From: Alphaproteobacteria bacterium
GTDB lineage: Bacteria; Pseudomonadota; Alphaproteobacteria; UBA828
Reading direction: 5' to 3'
Assembly: GCA_965237415.1 (NCBI GenBank)
Contig: CBDEFM010000001.1
Location: 448,001-512,000, forward strand
Length of the DNA: 64,000 bases
The notes below the pieces were generated by a model. The model had not been told where the DNA came from and did no database searches. It saw only the letters and a list, made by a program, of their open reading frames with translations. Shown here piece after piece: positions 63,521 through 64,000 of this stretch. The position numbers and the translations under genes were made by a program. Each line of letters begins with the position of its first letter. The stretch's first letter is position 1.

Positions 63521-64000
63521 TTAGTCCCTCCGCGACCAGGGCCGCCGGGGCCGCCGCCCCCAGGGGCCGGATGCGCCGCTCTGGTCCTCCGGCGCGCTGC
63601 CGTTGGGTCGACCGGGGGGCGGCTCCTGCCACGGGGCATCGCCGTCGGCTTCCGGATCGGCGGCCGCATCGGGAGGCGGCTCTTCCCATGGCCCCATTCC
63701 GGGGCTCTCGGCCTCAGGCGGCGGACGGTAGGGCGTCCGCCTCCGTGAGCGTCGGAGACCACGGTCGAAGAGGGGCACGCCGCGCTTCCGCATCGGCAGC
63801 ACCAGCAACGCACCGGCTGCGAAGCCGCCGATGTGGGCGTACCACGCGACCCCGCCGCCGGCCGGGCCGGCGATCAGCGCGTTGAAGACCTGGTAGCCGA
63901 TCCAGAGCCCGAGCACGGCCCAGGCGGGGAAGCGCATCGGCATGAAGAAGACGAGAATCCAGACGCCCCGTTTGGGGTGAAGCAAGAAGTAGGCGCCGAG
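63521..64000 (-). CDS. rhomboid family intramembrane serine protease, C-terminal part
   Basis: GAY.LL.P, GGVAWYAHIGGF.AG. Confidence 0.88.
   Translation of the reverse strand, partial: LGAYFLLHPKRGVWILVFFMPMRFPAWAVLGLWIGYQVFNALIAGPAGGGVAWYAHIGGFAAGALLVLPMRKRGVPLFDRGLRRSRRRTPYRPPPEAESPGMGPWEEPPPDAAADPEADGDAPWQEPPPGRPNGSAPEDQSGASGPWGRRPRRPWSRRD

Overview
This is a GC-rich alphaproteobacterial-type chromosomal window. It holds housekeeping genes (parE, xth, aceB-aceA with a divergent ScfR/RamB-type regulator, znuABC, and the rpiB-glyA-nrdR-ribD-ribE-ribB-ribH-nusB-thiL cluster) among many catabolic enzymes and transporters. The standout is a lower-GC islet at about 40.1-42.15 kb. It encodes a stand-alone reverse transcriptase (YIDD, QGSALS) that resembles the UG2/DRT2 defence RTs, behind a structured leader of about 570 nt. 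The leader has its own sigma70-like promoter, a long-range closing stem, a candidate template region, and two identical copies of a 137-nt multi-hairpin module, one starting at the predicted transcription start. The window also has two small CTAG-flanked MITE families. One carries tandem NrdR-box-like motifs; a fragment of the other splits a Calx-beta/beta-barrel adhesin gene of about 1350 aa. A dispersed element of about 160-190 bp contains telomere-like GGGAT(T)AAGT arrays, and several genes are decayed. Family assignments come from motif recognition only; no searches were run.
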